Positions 54,891-64,000 of a stretch of 64,000 nucleotides of DNA are shown in pieces. This DNA is from an uncultured SAR116 cluster alpha proteobacterium (GTDB lineage: Bacteria; Pseudomonadota; Alphaproteobacteria; Puniceispirillales; GCA-002684695): assembly GCA_902612965.1 (NCBI GenBank), contig CACMFN010000008.1:6560-70559 (forward strand), given 5' to 3'. Below the pieces are notes generated by a model. The model was not told the DNA's origin. It saw only the letters and a list, made by a program, of their open reading frames with translations, and did not search any database. Positions within the stretch are counted from its first letter, which is position 1; each line of letters starts with the position of its first letter. The translations under genes were made by a program, and so were the position numbers.

Positions 54891-56210
54891 TTATGGTATT
54901 AATGGTGACCAAGCCGGATCGGATGCGTCACTGGGTGTAATAATTTCTCTTTCATTATATCCAGTAATGTCAACTCTAAATAATCTCACCTTACCACCTT
55001 TTCCCTCAGCATCACTTTTTTCTTGTTTAAAGTACATTAAAACTCTTCCATTTGGTGCCCATGTTGGCGCCTCAACTAAATACCCCTTTGCAATTAATCT
55101 TTCTCCGCTTCCATCTGGCCTCATTACTCCAATATAAAATTGACCTTCATACATTTTTGTAAAAGCTATCAAATCACCTCGAGGCGACCAAACTGGAGTT
55201 GCGTATCGGCCTTTTTTAAATGAAATTCTTTTTTGTTTACTTCCATCTAAATTCATTACATAAAGTTGTTGAGATCCACCTCTATCAGAATTAAAGACAA
55301 TTTTTTGTCCATCAGGTGAAAATGTTGGTGAAGTATCAATAGATGGACTATTAGTTAATTGCATAACTTCCTGAGTTAATAAATTCATTATAAAAATGTC
55401 GGTGAGGCCTCCGTCAGCCAAGCTCATTATTATTGATTTACCATCAGGACTAAAACGTGGAGCAAAAGTCATACCAGGGAACGTGCCTAGTAACTCTTGT
55501 CTGTTAGTTTCAAGGTTTAAAACGTAAACTCTAGGCTCTTTTTGATAATAAGCAAGATAAGCAACCTCTTGAGAAGTTGGAGAAAAGCGTGGAGTTAGTA
55601 CCAAATATGAACCATCAGTTAAATATTGATGGTTATGACCATCTTGATCCATAATTGCTAACCTTTTAACCCTAGCATTTAGAGGTCCGCTCTCGGAAAT
55701 ATAGACAATTCTTGTATCAAAGTACCCTTCTTCACCAGTTAATCTTTTATAAATTTCATCAGCTGCAATGTGAGAAATTCTTCTCCAGTACTTACTATCA
55801 ACCGATAATTTCAAACCTGTAAGGTCTTGTTCTGTCACGACATCCCAAAGTCTAAATTCAACTTCTACAATTCCTGAACTGTCTAAACTTACTGAACCTG
55901 TAATAAGTGCTTTTGCACCTAGTGGATCCCAGTTATTAAAAACAGGCCTAACACTTGGTGATATTGGTTTCTCAATATATGCCTGCTTATCAATGACATT
56001 GAACAAGCCTGTTGAAACTAAATCATTGGATATAACTCTTAGAATATTTTCACCTAAATCCCCAACATCTCCTTTTGAAACAAAGCTCTGCAAAGCAATT
56101 GGTAAAGACTCTATATTACCTTCAGTAATATCTACAACTAAATTCTGTGAAAATGAAATAGATGGGAATATAGAAATTATAAATAAAAAGAATTTAAAAA
56201 ATCTTATCAT
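54891..56210 (-). CDS. tolB: Tol-Pal beta-propeller protein TolB
   Basis: [24 protein letters not shown]40 repeats, SDPAWSP; start moved to ATG 56210. Confidence 0.97.
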   Translation of the reverse strand: MIRFFKFFLFIISIFPSISFSQNLVVDITEGNIESLPIALQSFVSKGDVGDLGENILRVISNDLVSTGLFNVIDKQAYIEKPISPSVRPVFNNWDPLGAKALITGSVSLDSSGIVEVEFRLWDVVTEQDLTGLKLSVDSKYWRRISHIAADEIYKRLTGEEGYFDTRIVYISESGPLNARVKRLAIMDQDGHNHQYLTDGSYLVLTPRFSPTSQEVAYLAYYQKEPRVYVLNLETNRQELLGTFPGMTFAPRFSPDGKSIIMSLADGGLTDIFIMNLLTQEVMQLTNSPSIDTSPTFSPDGQKIVFNSDRGGSQQLYVMNLDGSKQKRISFKKGRYATPVWSPRGDLIAFTKMYEGQFYIGVMRPDGSGERLIAKGYLVEAPTWAPNGRVLMYFKQEKSDAEGKGGKVRLFRVDITGYNEREIITPSDASDPAWSPLIP

Positions 56211-56223
56211 AAAAAAACCTATT

Positions 56224-57294
56224 TTAGTAACCACCAAACATAGTAGCTGGATCAAATCTGAAAGTTAATGTTCTCCATTCTTTAAATTTACTTACAGGTA
56301 AAGGCATTGGCTCTGCGTCTTTGACAGCTCTAATTGCTGCATTTGCTGCAGCCTTATAAAAAGAATTATTTGAATTCATGCCTCTATTGACCCATTCAGC
56401 TTTAAGAACATAACCTTCTTTATTAAATTCCATAAATATGTCAACAATAAGGTTTTCAGCACCAGCTGCTCCAATAGGAGGTGTCCAAAAATTTGATATA
56501 TGTTTTTTTAACATATCAATTTCACTAATACCTATTGGTTTTATAAGATTTTTTGGCTTTGAGCTAATCGCATTAGCAACTAAGTTTTTCATTGATTCTA
56601 ATTCGTCTTTTCTTTTTTTCTTTGCAGCTACTTCTTTTTTATTTTTATCATTTTCTGCAATTTGTTTTAGCTTTTGGGTTTCCTTTACTTTTTCTAAAGT
56701 CTTTAGAACCGAAGTAAGTGCATTAGGATTTGTTTTATTTTTTTTGATTTTTTCTTTTTGGATTTGTGGCTTCATTATGGGTTTTTGAATATTTATAATC
56801 TGTTTATTGCTTTCTGGTTTTTGGATTGGTTGATCTTGTTTAGTAATTGTTTTTGGTTTTTGGATTGGTGAAATTGGAATACTTGGCTTCTTGCTTGGTG
56901 AAATTGGAATACTTGGCTTCTTGCTTGGTGAAATTAGTATATCTGATTTCTGACTTGGCGGATTTATTTCTTCACTTTGCCTTGAAGGAGTAATTTGTTT
57001 TTTAGGTTCATCAACAGTAATTTCATCTTGTTTTTCTACATTTTCTTTAATTTCAATGTTTTTTTCTGGGTTGATTTTAACAGCAAGATCCAAATTTGTT
57101 TCTTCAACTACTTTTAGCAATTCAAATGAGATTACTGTTAAATCTGGAGGCAGTTTTCTTCCAAAATTTGGAAGGCCATAAACAGCAATACCAATAATAA
57201 TTATATGCGTTAAAAAAGAAACCATACTAGCAGGCCTTATTAATGACTCACTTCTATGGATTAAATTTTGATAATTTATTGTATCAGCTATCAT
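56224..57294 (-). CDS. tolA: TolA-like cell envelope integrity protein
   Basis: TM with SxxxH (SFLTH), Pro/Lys-rich stalk, C-domain AAxxAIRAV...FDP; between tolR and tolB. Confidence 0.88.
   Translation of the reverse strand: MIADTINYQNLIHRSESLIRPASMVSFLTHIIIIGIAVYGLPNFGRKLPPDLTVISFELLKVVEETNLDLAVKINPEKNIEIKENVEKQDEITVDEPKKQITPSRQSEEINPPSQKSDILISPSKKPSIPISPSKKPSIPISPIQKPKTITKQDQPIQKPESNKQIINIQKPIMKPQIQKEKIKKNKTNPNALTSVLKTLEKVKETQKLKQIAENDKNKKEVAAKKKRKDELESMKNLVANAISSKPKNLIKPIGISEIDMLKKHISNFWTPPIGAAGAENLIVDIFMEFNKEGYVLKAEWVNRGMNSNNSFYKAAANAAIRAVKDAEPMPLPVSKFKEWRTLTFRFDPATMFGGY
56865..56935. repeat. 30-bp tandem repeat (about 2.4 copies) within tolA
   Basis: TTGGTGAAATTGGAATACTTGGCTTCTTGC twice, then TTGGTGAAATT; encodes [10 protein letters not shown]. 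Confidence 0.95.
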
Positions 57295-57709
57295 CTGGTA
57301 ATTTTGCTACCAAAGCCACTTTCTCATATCCAGCAGACTGAATTAGGCCCATCAAAGATATAACCTCTCCATACGGCAGAAGGTTATCTCCTCTAACAAA
57401 TATTCGTGTTTTGAAATTAACTTTTGAAATTGCTTTAAGTCTTGAAATAACATCTTCGTAATCAACAATTGCATCTTGGATGTAAATATCACGATTTTTT
57501 TTCATTGTTATTATCAAAGGATCTGCATCAGAATTTAGCTGATTTGCTTTAGTTTTTGGAAGGTCTACTTGCACCCCAACTGTCAACATTGGAGCAGTAA
57601 TCATAAAAACTATCAAAAGAACTAACATTACATCAACTAAAGGAGTAACATTAATATTACTCATTGGCTTCTTTGTTCTATATTTAATCTTCTTCAAATT
57701 TGAATACAT
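57284..57709 (-). CDS. tolR: TolR
   Basis: INVTPLVDVMLVLLIVFMITAP, VDLPK, VRGD. Confidence 0.95.
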   Translation of the reverse strand: MYSNLKKIKYRTKKPMSNINVTPLVDVMLVLLIVFMITAPMLTVGVQVDLPKTKANQLNSDADPLIITMKKNRDIYIQDAIVDYEDVISRLKAISKVNFKTRIFVRGDNLLPYGEVISLMGLIQSAGYEKVALVAKLPDDS

Positions 57710-58444
57710 CTAACTATCTTCATCAAGACGTCTAGATATAATAGCCATAAACTCAGCTGAAAAATTTTCCAATCTTAAAGAAACTTTTTCTATATCATTG
57801 GAAAATTTATTGTAAGCTGCAACTGCAGGGATAGCTGCTAAAAGTCCCAATGCAGTTGCAAATAGTGCCTCTGCAATACCTGGCGCAACAACTGCTAAAG
57901 ATGTGTTTTTGGAAGCTGCAATTGCCGAGAATGAGTTCATTATTCCCCATACTGTTCCAAATAAACCTATAAATGGGGCAACCGAACCAATAGAAGCTAA
58001 AAAAGTCATACCCCTTTCTAATCTGCCTATTTCTCTTGTTATTGCTACACTCATACCTCTTTCAATTCTTTGAGAAAGTGAGGCTTTGAAGATATCACCT
58101 TTAGATACTAAACCTGACGTATTAGCTCTTCGCCACTCTTGCATTGCAGAAGAAAAAACTCTGGAGATTGCACCTTGTTGTTTTTCATTGTTTTCATTTG
58201 ACATTTCATCGTAAATATCATCCAAAGAAGTACCTGACCAAAACTCGTTCTCAAATGTATTGGCAAGTTTGATCTCTTTACGTGATAAGAATATTTTTTC
58301 AATAATTATTGTCCAACACCATATTGAGGCCAATAACAAAATCAACATAACTAATTTCACAACAATATCCGCTTGAAGGAATAATCCCCATAAAGATATG
58401 TCTGAAGAGTTATGCAGAACCTCTTTAACTATCTCTTGTTCCAT
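57710..58444 (-). CDS. tolQ: TolQ
   Basis: [34 protein letters not shown]. Confidence 0.97.
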   Translation of the reverse strand: MEQEIVKEVLHNSSDISLWGLFLQADIVVKLVMLILLLASIWCWTIIIEKIFLSRKEIKLANTFENEFWSGTSLDDIYDEMSNENNEKQQGAISRVFSSAMQEWRRANTSGLVSKGDIFKASLSQRIERGMSVAITREIGRLERGMTFLASIGSVAPFIGLFGTVWGIMNSFSAIAASKNTSLAVVAPGIAEALFATALGLLAAIPAVAAYNKFSNDIEKVSLRLENFSAEFMAIISRRLDEDS

Positions 58445-58487
58445 TGATAATTAACTCCTGATTTTTTTATATATGTGAATTGAGTCA

Positions 58488-58925
58488 TTAGTTAGGCAAA
58501 TTTGTTTTCAAAACATAAGAAAATTTTTCTGGAAGTTTAATGACTTTCATATTTTCATTTACAAAACACAACTGAACATCAGCTGATGCTAACTTTTTAT
58601 TATTTTCTTCATTAAATATAACTTGTTGCAGGCAAATAGAAGCGTTTTTTAACTCAATTAAATTTGTTTTTACAAAAATACAATCACCTAATGAACAAGG
58701 TGAGTACCAACTAATATTGATATTTTTCACAACTATGCTTTGATTTAATTTTAAAAATTTTTCTGCTGGAAAACCTAATAATCTGATTAGACTTGACCTA
58801 GCCCTCTCTATAAAATTCAAATATTTAGTGTGATAAACTATTCCACCGATATCAGTATCTTCATAATGTATTCTTAAAGAATAAATGTGAGAATTATCTA
58901 AAATTTGACCATCTAAAAATTTCAT
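58488..58925 (-). CDS. ybgC: Tol-Pal-associated acyl-CoA thioesterase YbgC
   Basis: YEDTDIGGIVYH...YLNFIERAR; between ruvB and tolQ. Confidence 0.93.
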   Translation of the reverse strand: MKFLDGQILDNSHIYSLRIHYEDTDIGGIVYHTKYLNFIERARSSLIRLLGFPAEKFLKLNQSIVVKNINISWYSPCSLGDCIFVKTNLIELKNASICLQQVIFNEENNKKLASADVQLCFVNENMKVIKLPEKFSYVLKTNLPN

Positions 58926-59953
58926 TAATTTGACTTTTTGTCATTATTTTCATCAAACACAAAACTATTTTTAGGTATATCTAAACCCAAGTAATTCCAT
59001 CCATTAATGGTTAATATTCTACCCCTTTGCGTCCTATCAACAAGATTTAATTTAATTAAATATGGTTCAATAACCTCCTCAACAACATCTTTTTGCTCTG
59101 ATAAACTTGCTGACAAAGTCTCAACTCCAACCGGACCACCATTATATTTTTCAGCAAGTATTTGAAGATAATTCCTATCTATTAAATCAAGTCCATAATC
59201 ATCTATATTCAACTTCGACAAAGCTTTGTCAGCCTCTATCTTATCAATATTATTTTTTTCATTTACTAAAGCAAAGTCTCTAACACGACTTAAAAGTCTA
59301 CCTGCAATTCTTGGAGTGCCTCTGGATCTTTTTGCAATTTCATTAGCACCATCAATATCCAAATTTATATTATTTTTTTTTGAGGCTTTAACTAGTATAT
59401 CTTCCAACTCATTAATTGTATAAAAACTCATTCTAAGATGAATGCCAAATCTATCTCTAAGGGGTGTAGTTAAAAGTCCAGATCTTGTCGTAGCACCAAC
59501 TAGTGTAAAATGAGGAAGATCAATTCTCACCGATCTAGCAGATGGACCCTCACCAATTATTAAATCCAATTGAAAGTCTTCCATCGCTGGGTATAGAACT
59601 TCTTCAACTACTGAGTTAAGTCTATGAATTTCATCAATAAAAAGAACATCCCTTTCATTTAAATTTGTCAATATAGCGGCCAAATCACCTGCTTTTGTTA
59701 TTACAGGTCCGGATGTGGCCCGAAAACCAACTCCTAATTCATTGGCAATAATTTGAGACAAAGTTGTTTTTCCTAATCCTGGAGGTCCTACCAGTAAAGT
59801 ATGATCCATTGCAACTTGTCTTTTGTCAGCTGACTGGATAAAAGTTTTTAAATTATTCTTACTCTCACTTTGGCCAATAAAGTCATTTAAGTTTTGAGGC
59901 CTTAAAGTCTCATTATTAATTTTATTATTTTGATGCTCTTGATCATCTTTCAT
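58925..59953 (-). CDS. ruvB: Holliday junction branch migration helicase RuvB
   Basis: [29 protein letters not shown]. Confidence 0.98.
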   Translation of the reverse strand: MKDDQEHQNNKINNETLRPQNLNDFIGQSESKNNLKTFIQSADKRQVAMDHTLLVGPPGLGKTTLSQIIANELGVGFRATSGPVITKAGDLAAILTNLNERDVLFIDEIHRLNSVVEEVLYPAMEDFQLDLIIGEGPSARSVRIDLPHFTLVGATTRSGLLTTPLRDRFGIHLRMSFYTINELEDILVKASKKNNINLDIDGANEIAKRSRGTPRIAGRLLSRVRDFALVNEKNNIDKIEADKALSKLNIDDYGLDLIDRNYLQILAEKYNGGPVGVETLSASLSEQKDVVEEVIEPYLIKLNLVDRTQRGRILTINGWNYLGLDIPKNSFVFDENNDKKSN

Positions 59954-60564
59954 GACTTATTTCCAAGTTTTTTTAAACTTTTTGATATTAATTCTGAAAG
60001 GTTAATATTCTCTTCTGCATCTTCATAAACTTTTACAACAATATTTTTTATATTATTTTTATTGTATCCTAAGTTAGATAACGCTGAAACAGCATCCTCA
60101 ACTAATCCTTTTTCCTTATTATTTGGATCTACATAATTTGAAAAAAGAGGATCAAGTTGGCTTTCAGGTATTTTATCTTTTAACTCGTTTATTATTCTTC
60201 CCGCAATTTTAGGACCTACACCTTCAGCTTTAGTGACTGTTGATTTTTCAGAATTTGAAATAGCATAACCTAACTCATCAATAGTTATAGAAGATAAAAT
60301 TGCAATTGCAGCTTTTGCACCTACACCTTGAACAGAAATTAATAAATTAAACCATTTTTTCTCTAAAGAGTCTGAAAAACCAAACAAGGATTGACTGTCC
60401 TCACGAACTATGAACTCTGTCAAAATTGTTATAGTTTCATTTGAATTTTTTAGTTCTAATAAAGTTTGTAAAGAGCAAAATACTTGATACCCTACACCAT
60501 TTACGTCAACAATGAGTGATTTCTCATCACTACTAATTATTTTTCCTGTAAGTTGAGAAATCAT
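59950..60564 (-). CDS. ruvA: Holliday junction binding protein RuvA
   Basis: DVNGVGY, VRED...[18 protein letters not shown]. Confidence 0.97.
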   Translation of the reverse strand: MISQLTGKIISSDEKSLIVDVNGVGYQVFCSLQTLLELKNSNETITILTEFIVREDSQSLFGFSDSLEKKWFNLLISVQGVGAKAAIAILSSITIDELGYAISNSEKSTVTKAEGVGPKIAGRIINELKDKIPESQLDPLFSNYVDPNNKEKGLVEDAVSALSNLGYNKNNIKNIVVKVYEDAEENINLSELISKSLKKLGNKS

Positions 60565-60573
60565 GTATAAGTT

Positions 60574-61155
60574 TTAACCTTTATCTAATGCTTTTCTAAT
60601 AGCATTATTTAATTTATGATTTGAATATTTTTTTTTGTCATAGTTTAATTTTAATGAATTTAAGCTCTCATTTGGAGTATTGTACCCGGCAATTGCGATA
60701 GCTAAAGCATCTGCTGCGTCAGATTGAACTACTATTTTTCCTAGCAGTTTTTCTATCATATACTTAATCTGATCTTTATCTGCAGCACCAGTTCCCGTTA
60801 TTGCTTTCTTTATATATCTTGCTGCAAGTTCTTTTATTATAATTTTTTTTTGTGAAACTAATGAATTTAGAGCAACCCCCCTTGCCATCCCAAGCTTTAA
60901 AGCTGACTCCCCACTGTTACTAACAAAAATCTTTTCTATGACAGCAATGTCAGGCTTATAATTTTTAATTATTTCATCTAAACTATTGGCAATATAATTT
61001 AATCTCAATGCGTCACTTCCATTATGTTCAGTATTTATCACCCCATGACATAAATGAAGTATATTATTCTCTTTAACACGAATAACTCCCCATCCTGTAT
61101 TTCTTATACCAGGATCTATCCCAATTACTACGCAGTCTCTATTTAAGTTATTCAT
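60574..61155 (-). CDS. ruvC: Holliday junction resolvase RuvC
   Basis: GIDPG, LGMARG, TGTGAADKDQI, DAADALAIA. Confidence 0.96.
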   Translation of the reverse strand: MNNLNRDCVVIGIDPGIRNTGWGVIRVKENNILHLCHGVINTEHNGSDALRLNYIANSLDEIIKNYKPDIAVIEKIFVSNSGESALKLGMARGVALNSLVSQKKIIIKELAARYIKKAITGTGAADKDQIKYMIEKLLGKIVVQSDAADALAIAIAGYNTPNESLNSLKLNYDKKKYSNHKLNNAIRKALDKG

Positions 61156-61173
61156 TTATAAAAATTAGAAAAA

Positions 61174-61917
61174 TCATTCTTCTAATATTTGTAATGATTT
61201 TTCATCAAACTCAAAATTATAAAATACATTTTGAACGTCTTCACAATCATCTAAACCATTGATAAGTTTGAAAATTGTTTGAATTGAATTTTCATTTAAA
61301 TCCACATGTTCTTTTGATTTCCAAATAATATTTGCCTCTTCTGGATCACCAAATTGATCTGAAAATTTTTCTCTAATATCATTAAAACTTTCTAAATTAG
61401 TAATAATTTCATAAAACTCTCCACTTTCAATAATGTCTTTTGTATCAGTTTCTATTGAGAAATCTAACAACTCTTCAAAATCATTTGAGTTCGAAGGGTA
61501 AATTATTGAACCAATTCTATCAAAAAGATATGATACGCAACCATTCTCCCCTAAATTTCCATTAAATTTATTAAATACTGTTCGAACTTCAGATGCTGTT
61601 CTATTTTTATTGTCAGTTAATGCTTCTACAATAATTGCTACTCCATCAGGACCAAAGCCCTCATATCTAATTTCAGAATAGTCACTTAAATCGCCCATTT
61701 CTGCCTTTTTAAGTACCTTTTCAATATTATCTTTAGGCATGTTTGCAGCCTTACAAGCTGCAATAGCAGCTCTCAAGCGTGGATTTGCTTCCGGGTCAAC
61801 TCCTTGTTTAACTGCAACTGAAAGTTCTTTTCCTAAACGAGTAAAAATTTTAGCTCTTTTTGCATCTTGAGCGCCTTTTCTGTGCATAATATTTTTGAAT
61901 TTAGAATGACCAGCCAT
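61174..61917 (-). CDS. yebC: YebC/PmpR family protein
   Basis: MAGHSKFKNIMHRKG, YEGFGP, TDNKNRT; start moved to ATG 61917. Confidence 0.96.
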   Translation of the reverse strand: MAGHSKFKNIMHRKGAQDAKRAKIFTRLGKELSVAVKQGVDPEANPRLRAAIAACKAANMPKDNIEKVLKKAEMGDLSDYSEIRYEGFGPDGVAIIVEALTDNKNRTASEVRTVFNKFNGNLGENGCVSYLFDRIGSIIYPSNSNDFEELLDFSIETDTKDIIESGEFYEIITNLESFNDIREKFSDQFGDPEEANIIWKSKEHVDLNENSIQTIFKLINGLDDCEDVQNVFYNFEFDEKSLQILEE

Positions 61918-61945
61918 AAATATCCCCAATTTTAACAATATTTAA

Positions 61946-62743
61946 TCATGTAGGTGTTAAAACTCCCCCAATACGGATTGGTTCTATACTTAATGATTTT
62001 CCAGAATAATCATCAGTTTCAATACAAACACCGCAAATTGTAATTTCTCCTTCTGCTACTGTCAAATGAGACTTTTTTGAAAAAAATCTATCTATAGCTA
62101 AACTTTTTTCCATTCCAATAACAGAGTCATAGTTACCACACATACCTACATCAGTTTGAAATGCTGTTCCATTTGGAAGTATTCTAGCATCAGAAGTTGG
62201 CACATGTGTATGAGTGCCTACTATTGCAGAAACTTTCCCATCGAAATAGTTAGCTATTGCAATTTTTTCACTAGTAGCTTCACCATGCAAGTCTATAAAA
62301 ATAGCATTATAATCATTGCCTAATTCTAAATTAAGTAAGGTTTCTTCAATTGATCTAAAAACAAAGTCATTTTTAGGCATGAATAAATTACACATAGCAT
62401 TAATAATTAAAATAATTCTTCCATCATCTAGTACTAAACTTGTTTTACCTAATCCAGGAGTTCCTTCAGGCATATTAATAGGCCTTAATAATGAATTTGA
62501 ATCGGTAATATATTTTATAATCTCTCTTTGATCCCAAACATGATTTCCTGTCGTAAGAACATCAACTCCAGCATCAAAAAACTGTTCTGCAATTTTAGGC
62601 GTTACTCCCCTTCCCCCAGCAGCATTTTCAATATTTATTATTATGATATCAGCTTCATATTTATTTTTTAATTTAGGCAACCCTGACAAGACTGTTTTTC
62701 TTGCTTCTCTACCAACAATATCTCCTAAAAAAAGTATTTTCAA
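61946..62743 (-). CDS. YmdB/TIGR00282 family metallophosphoesterase
   Basis: GDIVG, ENAAGG, TGNH, HGEATSEK, GTHTHV, TDVGMCG. Confidence 0.94.
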   Translation of the reverse strand: MKILFLGDIVGREARKTVLSGLPKLKNKYEADIIIINIENAAGGRGVTPKIAEQFFDAGVDVLTTGNHVWDQREIIKYITDSNSLLRPINMPEGTPGLGKTSLVLDDGRIILIINAMCNLFMPKNDFVFRSIEETLLNLELGNDYNAIFIDLHGEATSEKIAIANYFDGKVSAIVGTHTHVPTSDARILPNGTAFQTDVGMCGNYDSVIGMEKSLAIDRFFSKKSHLTVAEGEITICGVCIETDDYSGKSLSIEPIRIGGVLTPT

Positions 62744-62755
62744 AATATTCTCTAT

Positions 62756-63343
62756 TTATTTGTTTTTAATTAATTTTAGGCCGTCTTCGTTTAGTATAGC
62801 GTTTAGTTTAATATCATGTTTTTCTGAAGGTATATAATTGCATTCCTGAAACTTGAAAGCAACTCCAATACTAATAATCTTATTATTCTTTGAATGAAGG
62901 TATTGAAGAGTTTTATCATAAAAACCACCTCCATAACCAATTCTATTTCCAAAAACATCATAAGCAAGCAAAGGCACTAATAATAAGTTAGGTAAGGTTT
63001 CCTCACAATATTCTGGAGGTTCTAGTATACCATATTTGCCAATATTCAATTTTGTATCAATATTCCATTTTCTGAAACTTAAATGAGAGTTATCCAAAGG
63101 CGTAACTGGAAGACAAATTAATGAACCAAAGGAATGCAATTTTTTTAATAAAGGAAGTGTATTAATCTCATTTCTAAATGGGTAAAACCCAGCAATATTG
63201 GATAATGCAAATGTATCAATTATTTCTTCAGCATAATTTGTAATCTCCAAAGAAACATAATTTGAATATTTTTTAGTTACTTTATTTCTTTTTGATAAAA
63301 AAAATTTTCTTAATTCTGATTTTGAAGAGGCAATAATTGACAT
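62756..63343 (-). CDS. 5-formyltetrahydrofolate cyclo-ligase
   Basis: KSELR, GILEP, VPLLAYD, RIGYGGGFYD, HD; start moved to ATG 63343, downstream of 6S RNA. Confidence 0.95.
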   Translation of the reverse strand: MSIIASSKSELRKFFLSKRNKVTKKYSNYVSLEITNYAEEIIDTFALSNIAGFYPFRNEINTLPLLKKLHSFGSLICLPVTPLDNSHLSFRKWNIDTKLNIGKYGILEPPEYCEETLPNLLLVPLLAYDVFGNRIGYGGGFYDKTLQYLHSKNNKIISIGVAFKFQECNYIPSEKHDIKLNAILNEDGLKLIKNK

Positions 63344-63360
63344 AGTATAATTAAAAATTT

Positions 63361-63520
63361 GAGCAGTAGCCAAATTGCCGATGGTCTTAAAATCCTATGT
63401 GGCCTGAAAATACAGGTGGGCACCACAATAAAAAAGCCTGAGCTTGATCAGAGGCAGTTCCCTAAGGAAAAATATTGGCCCCAGAGGTGTTTTGCCTGTC
63501 AAACAATTGAGCTACTGCTT
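63361..63520 (-). ncRNA. ssrS: 6S RNA
   Basis: About 160 nt with closing stem AGCAGTAGC/GCTACTGCT; GGGGCCAATA, CCTTAGGGA and GGTGCCCACCTG segments typical of alphaproteobacterial 6S; zapA-ssrS-5FCL synteny. Confidence 0.9.
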
Positions 63521-63525
63521 AATCC

Positions 63526-63553
63526 ATTATAGTTTAATTGATTTTATCTGCAA
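63526..63553 (-). promoter_or_regulatory. Putative sigma70 promoter of 6S RNA
   Basis: Minus strand TTGCAG-N16-TATAAT ending about 6 nt before the RNA 5' end. Confidence 0.65.
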
Positions 63554-63842
63554 CTGTTTCAACTCTATGAGTGATTTTTTGGAGTGCTTCAAGCAAAAAG
63601 TCATGGTCAAGTCTTTTAGATAAAGAACTTTCATCTTTGAGTTTGTCTGCGATAATTAAACATGTCATTAAAAGAAGTCTTGCTTCTCCTATTTGGCCAA
63701 CAGAAGAAACTAATTTCTCTAACTCATTATTTATAAATTTTGCTAAATTTTGAATATGTTCTTCTTGACCCTCTTCACAAGATATTTTGTAAATCTGGTT
63801 ATTAACAATAATTTCAACAACACTTGTTTGTTCTTTACCCAT
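63534..63842 (-). CDS. zapA: Cell division protein ZapA
   Basis: YKISCEEGQEEH, GQIGEARLLLMxxLxIAD. Confidence 0.93.
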   Translation of the reverse strand: MGKEQTSVVEIIVNNQIYKISCEEGQEEHIQNLAKFINNELEKLVSSVGQIGEARLLLMTCLIIADKLKDESSLSKRLDHDFLLEALQKITHRVETVADKIN

Positions 63843-63850
63843 ACTCTTGT

Positions 63851-64000
63851 CTATTTAAATTCATCAATCAAACTAGTAACTTTATTTCTTAAATTTAAAA
63901 ATTCTTTTTTTATATCTGAATTATCTTCAGCATTTTGATCAACTTTCAAATTCTTAATTTTATCACATCTAGTTTCAAGCTTGTCTAAAGCTTTATATAG
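63851..64000 (-). CDS. 3' part of a coiled-coil protein upstream of zapA (not in the ORF track; truncated by the window edge)
   Basis: Open frame LYKALDKLETRCDKIKNLKVDQNAEDNSDIKKEFLNLRNKVTSLIDEFK-stop, ending 8 nt before zapA. Confidence 0.7.
   Translation of the reverse strand, partial: LYKALDKLETRCDKIKNLKVDQNAEDNSDIKKEFLNLRNKVTSLIDEFK

Noticed and set aside
56865-56935. 30-bp repeats as a CRISPR array
   Set aside because: The repeats are head-to-tail with no spacers, in frame within tolA, and there are no cas genes
41088-63938. Plus-strand ORFs antisense to ettA, purA, serA, ftsH, pal, tolA/B, ruvB, ymdB-like and zapA
   Set aside because: Fully nested opposite well-supported genes, with no recognisable motifs

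Overview
AT-rich (about 30% GC by eye), densely packed core-genome segment of a streamlined alphaproteobacterium, probably marine; the exact lineage cannot be fixed from sequence alone. In order: a 5'-truncated tRNA-Thr(TGT); a divergent PEP carboxylase; a small mixed cluster (MORN/YwqK-repeat protein, nucleoside hydrolase plus methyltransferase, small hypotheticals, DUF2237, plsC, tusA, FAD-linked D-lactate dehydrogenase-like enzyme, djlA); RNase P RNA; the complete dcw cluster (mraZ to ftsZ) followed by lpxC-bamD-recN-ligA; pepP-prmA-uvrD; mlaA-mlaC; ettA; rluD-rpoH; and a long minus-strand block (zapA, 6S RNA, 5-FCL, ymdB-like, yebC, ruvCAB, ybgC, tolQRAB-pal-cpoB, tilS, ftsH, folP, glmM, serA, purA). 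I see no integrase, transposase, CRISPR array, defence island or frameshifted gene. The most interesting signals are non-coding. The 129-bp rnpB-mraZ spacer holds a perfect alphaproteobacterial LexA-type box (GAAC-N7-GAAC), a leftward promoter-like element facing rnpB, and four CCAT repeats at an exact 10-bp period (likely the MraZ operator), which hints at an SOS link to the division operon. The ftsZ-lpxC spacer holds 10-bp-phased GTAAC repeats and a perfect 19-bp inverted repeat. All functional calls come from motif recognition and remembered synteny, not database searches.
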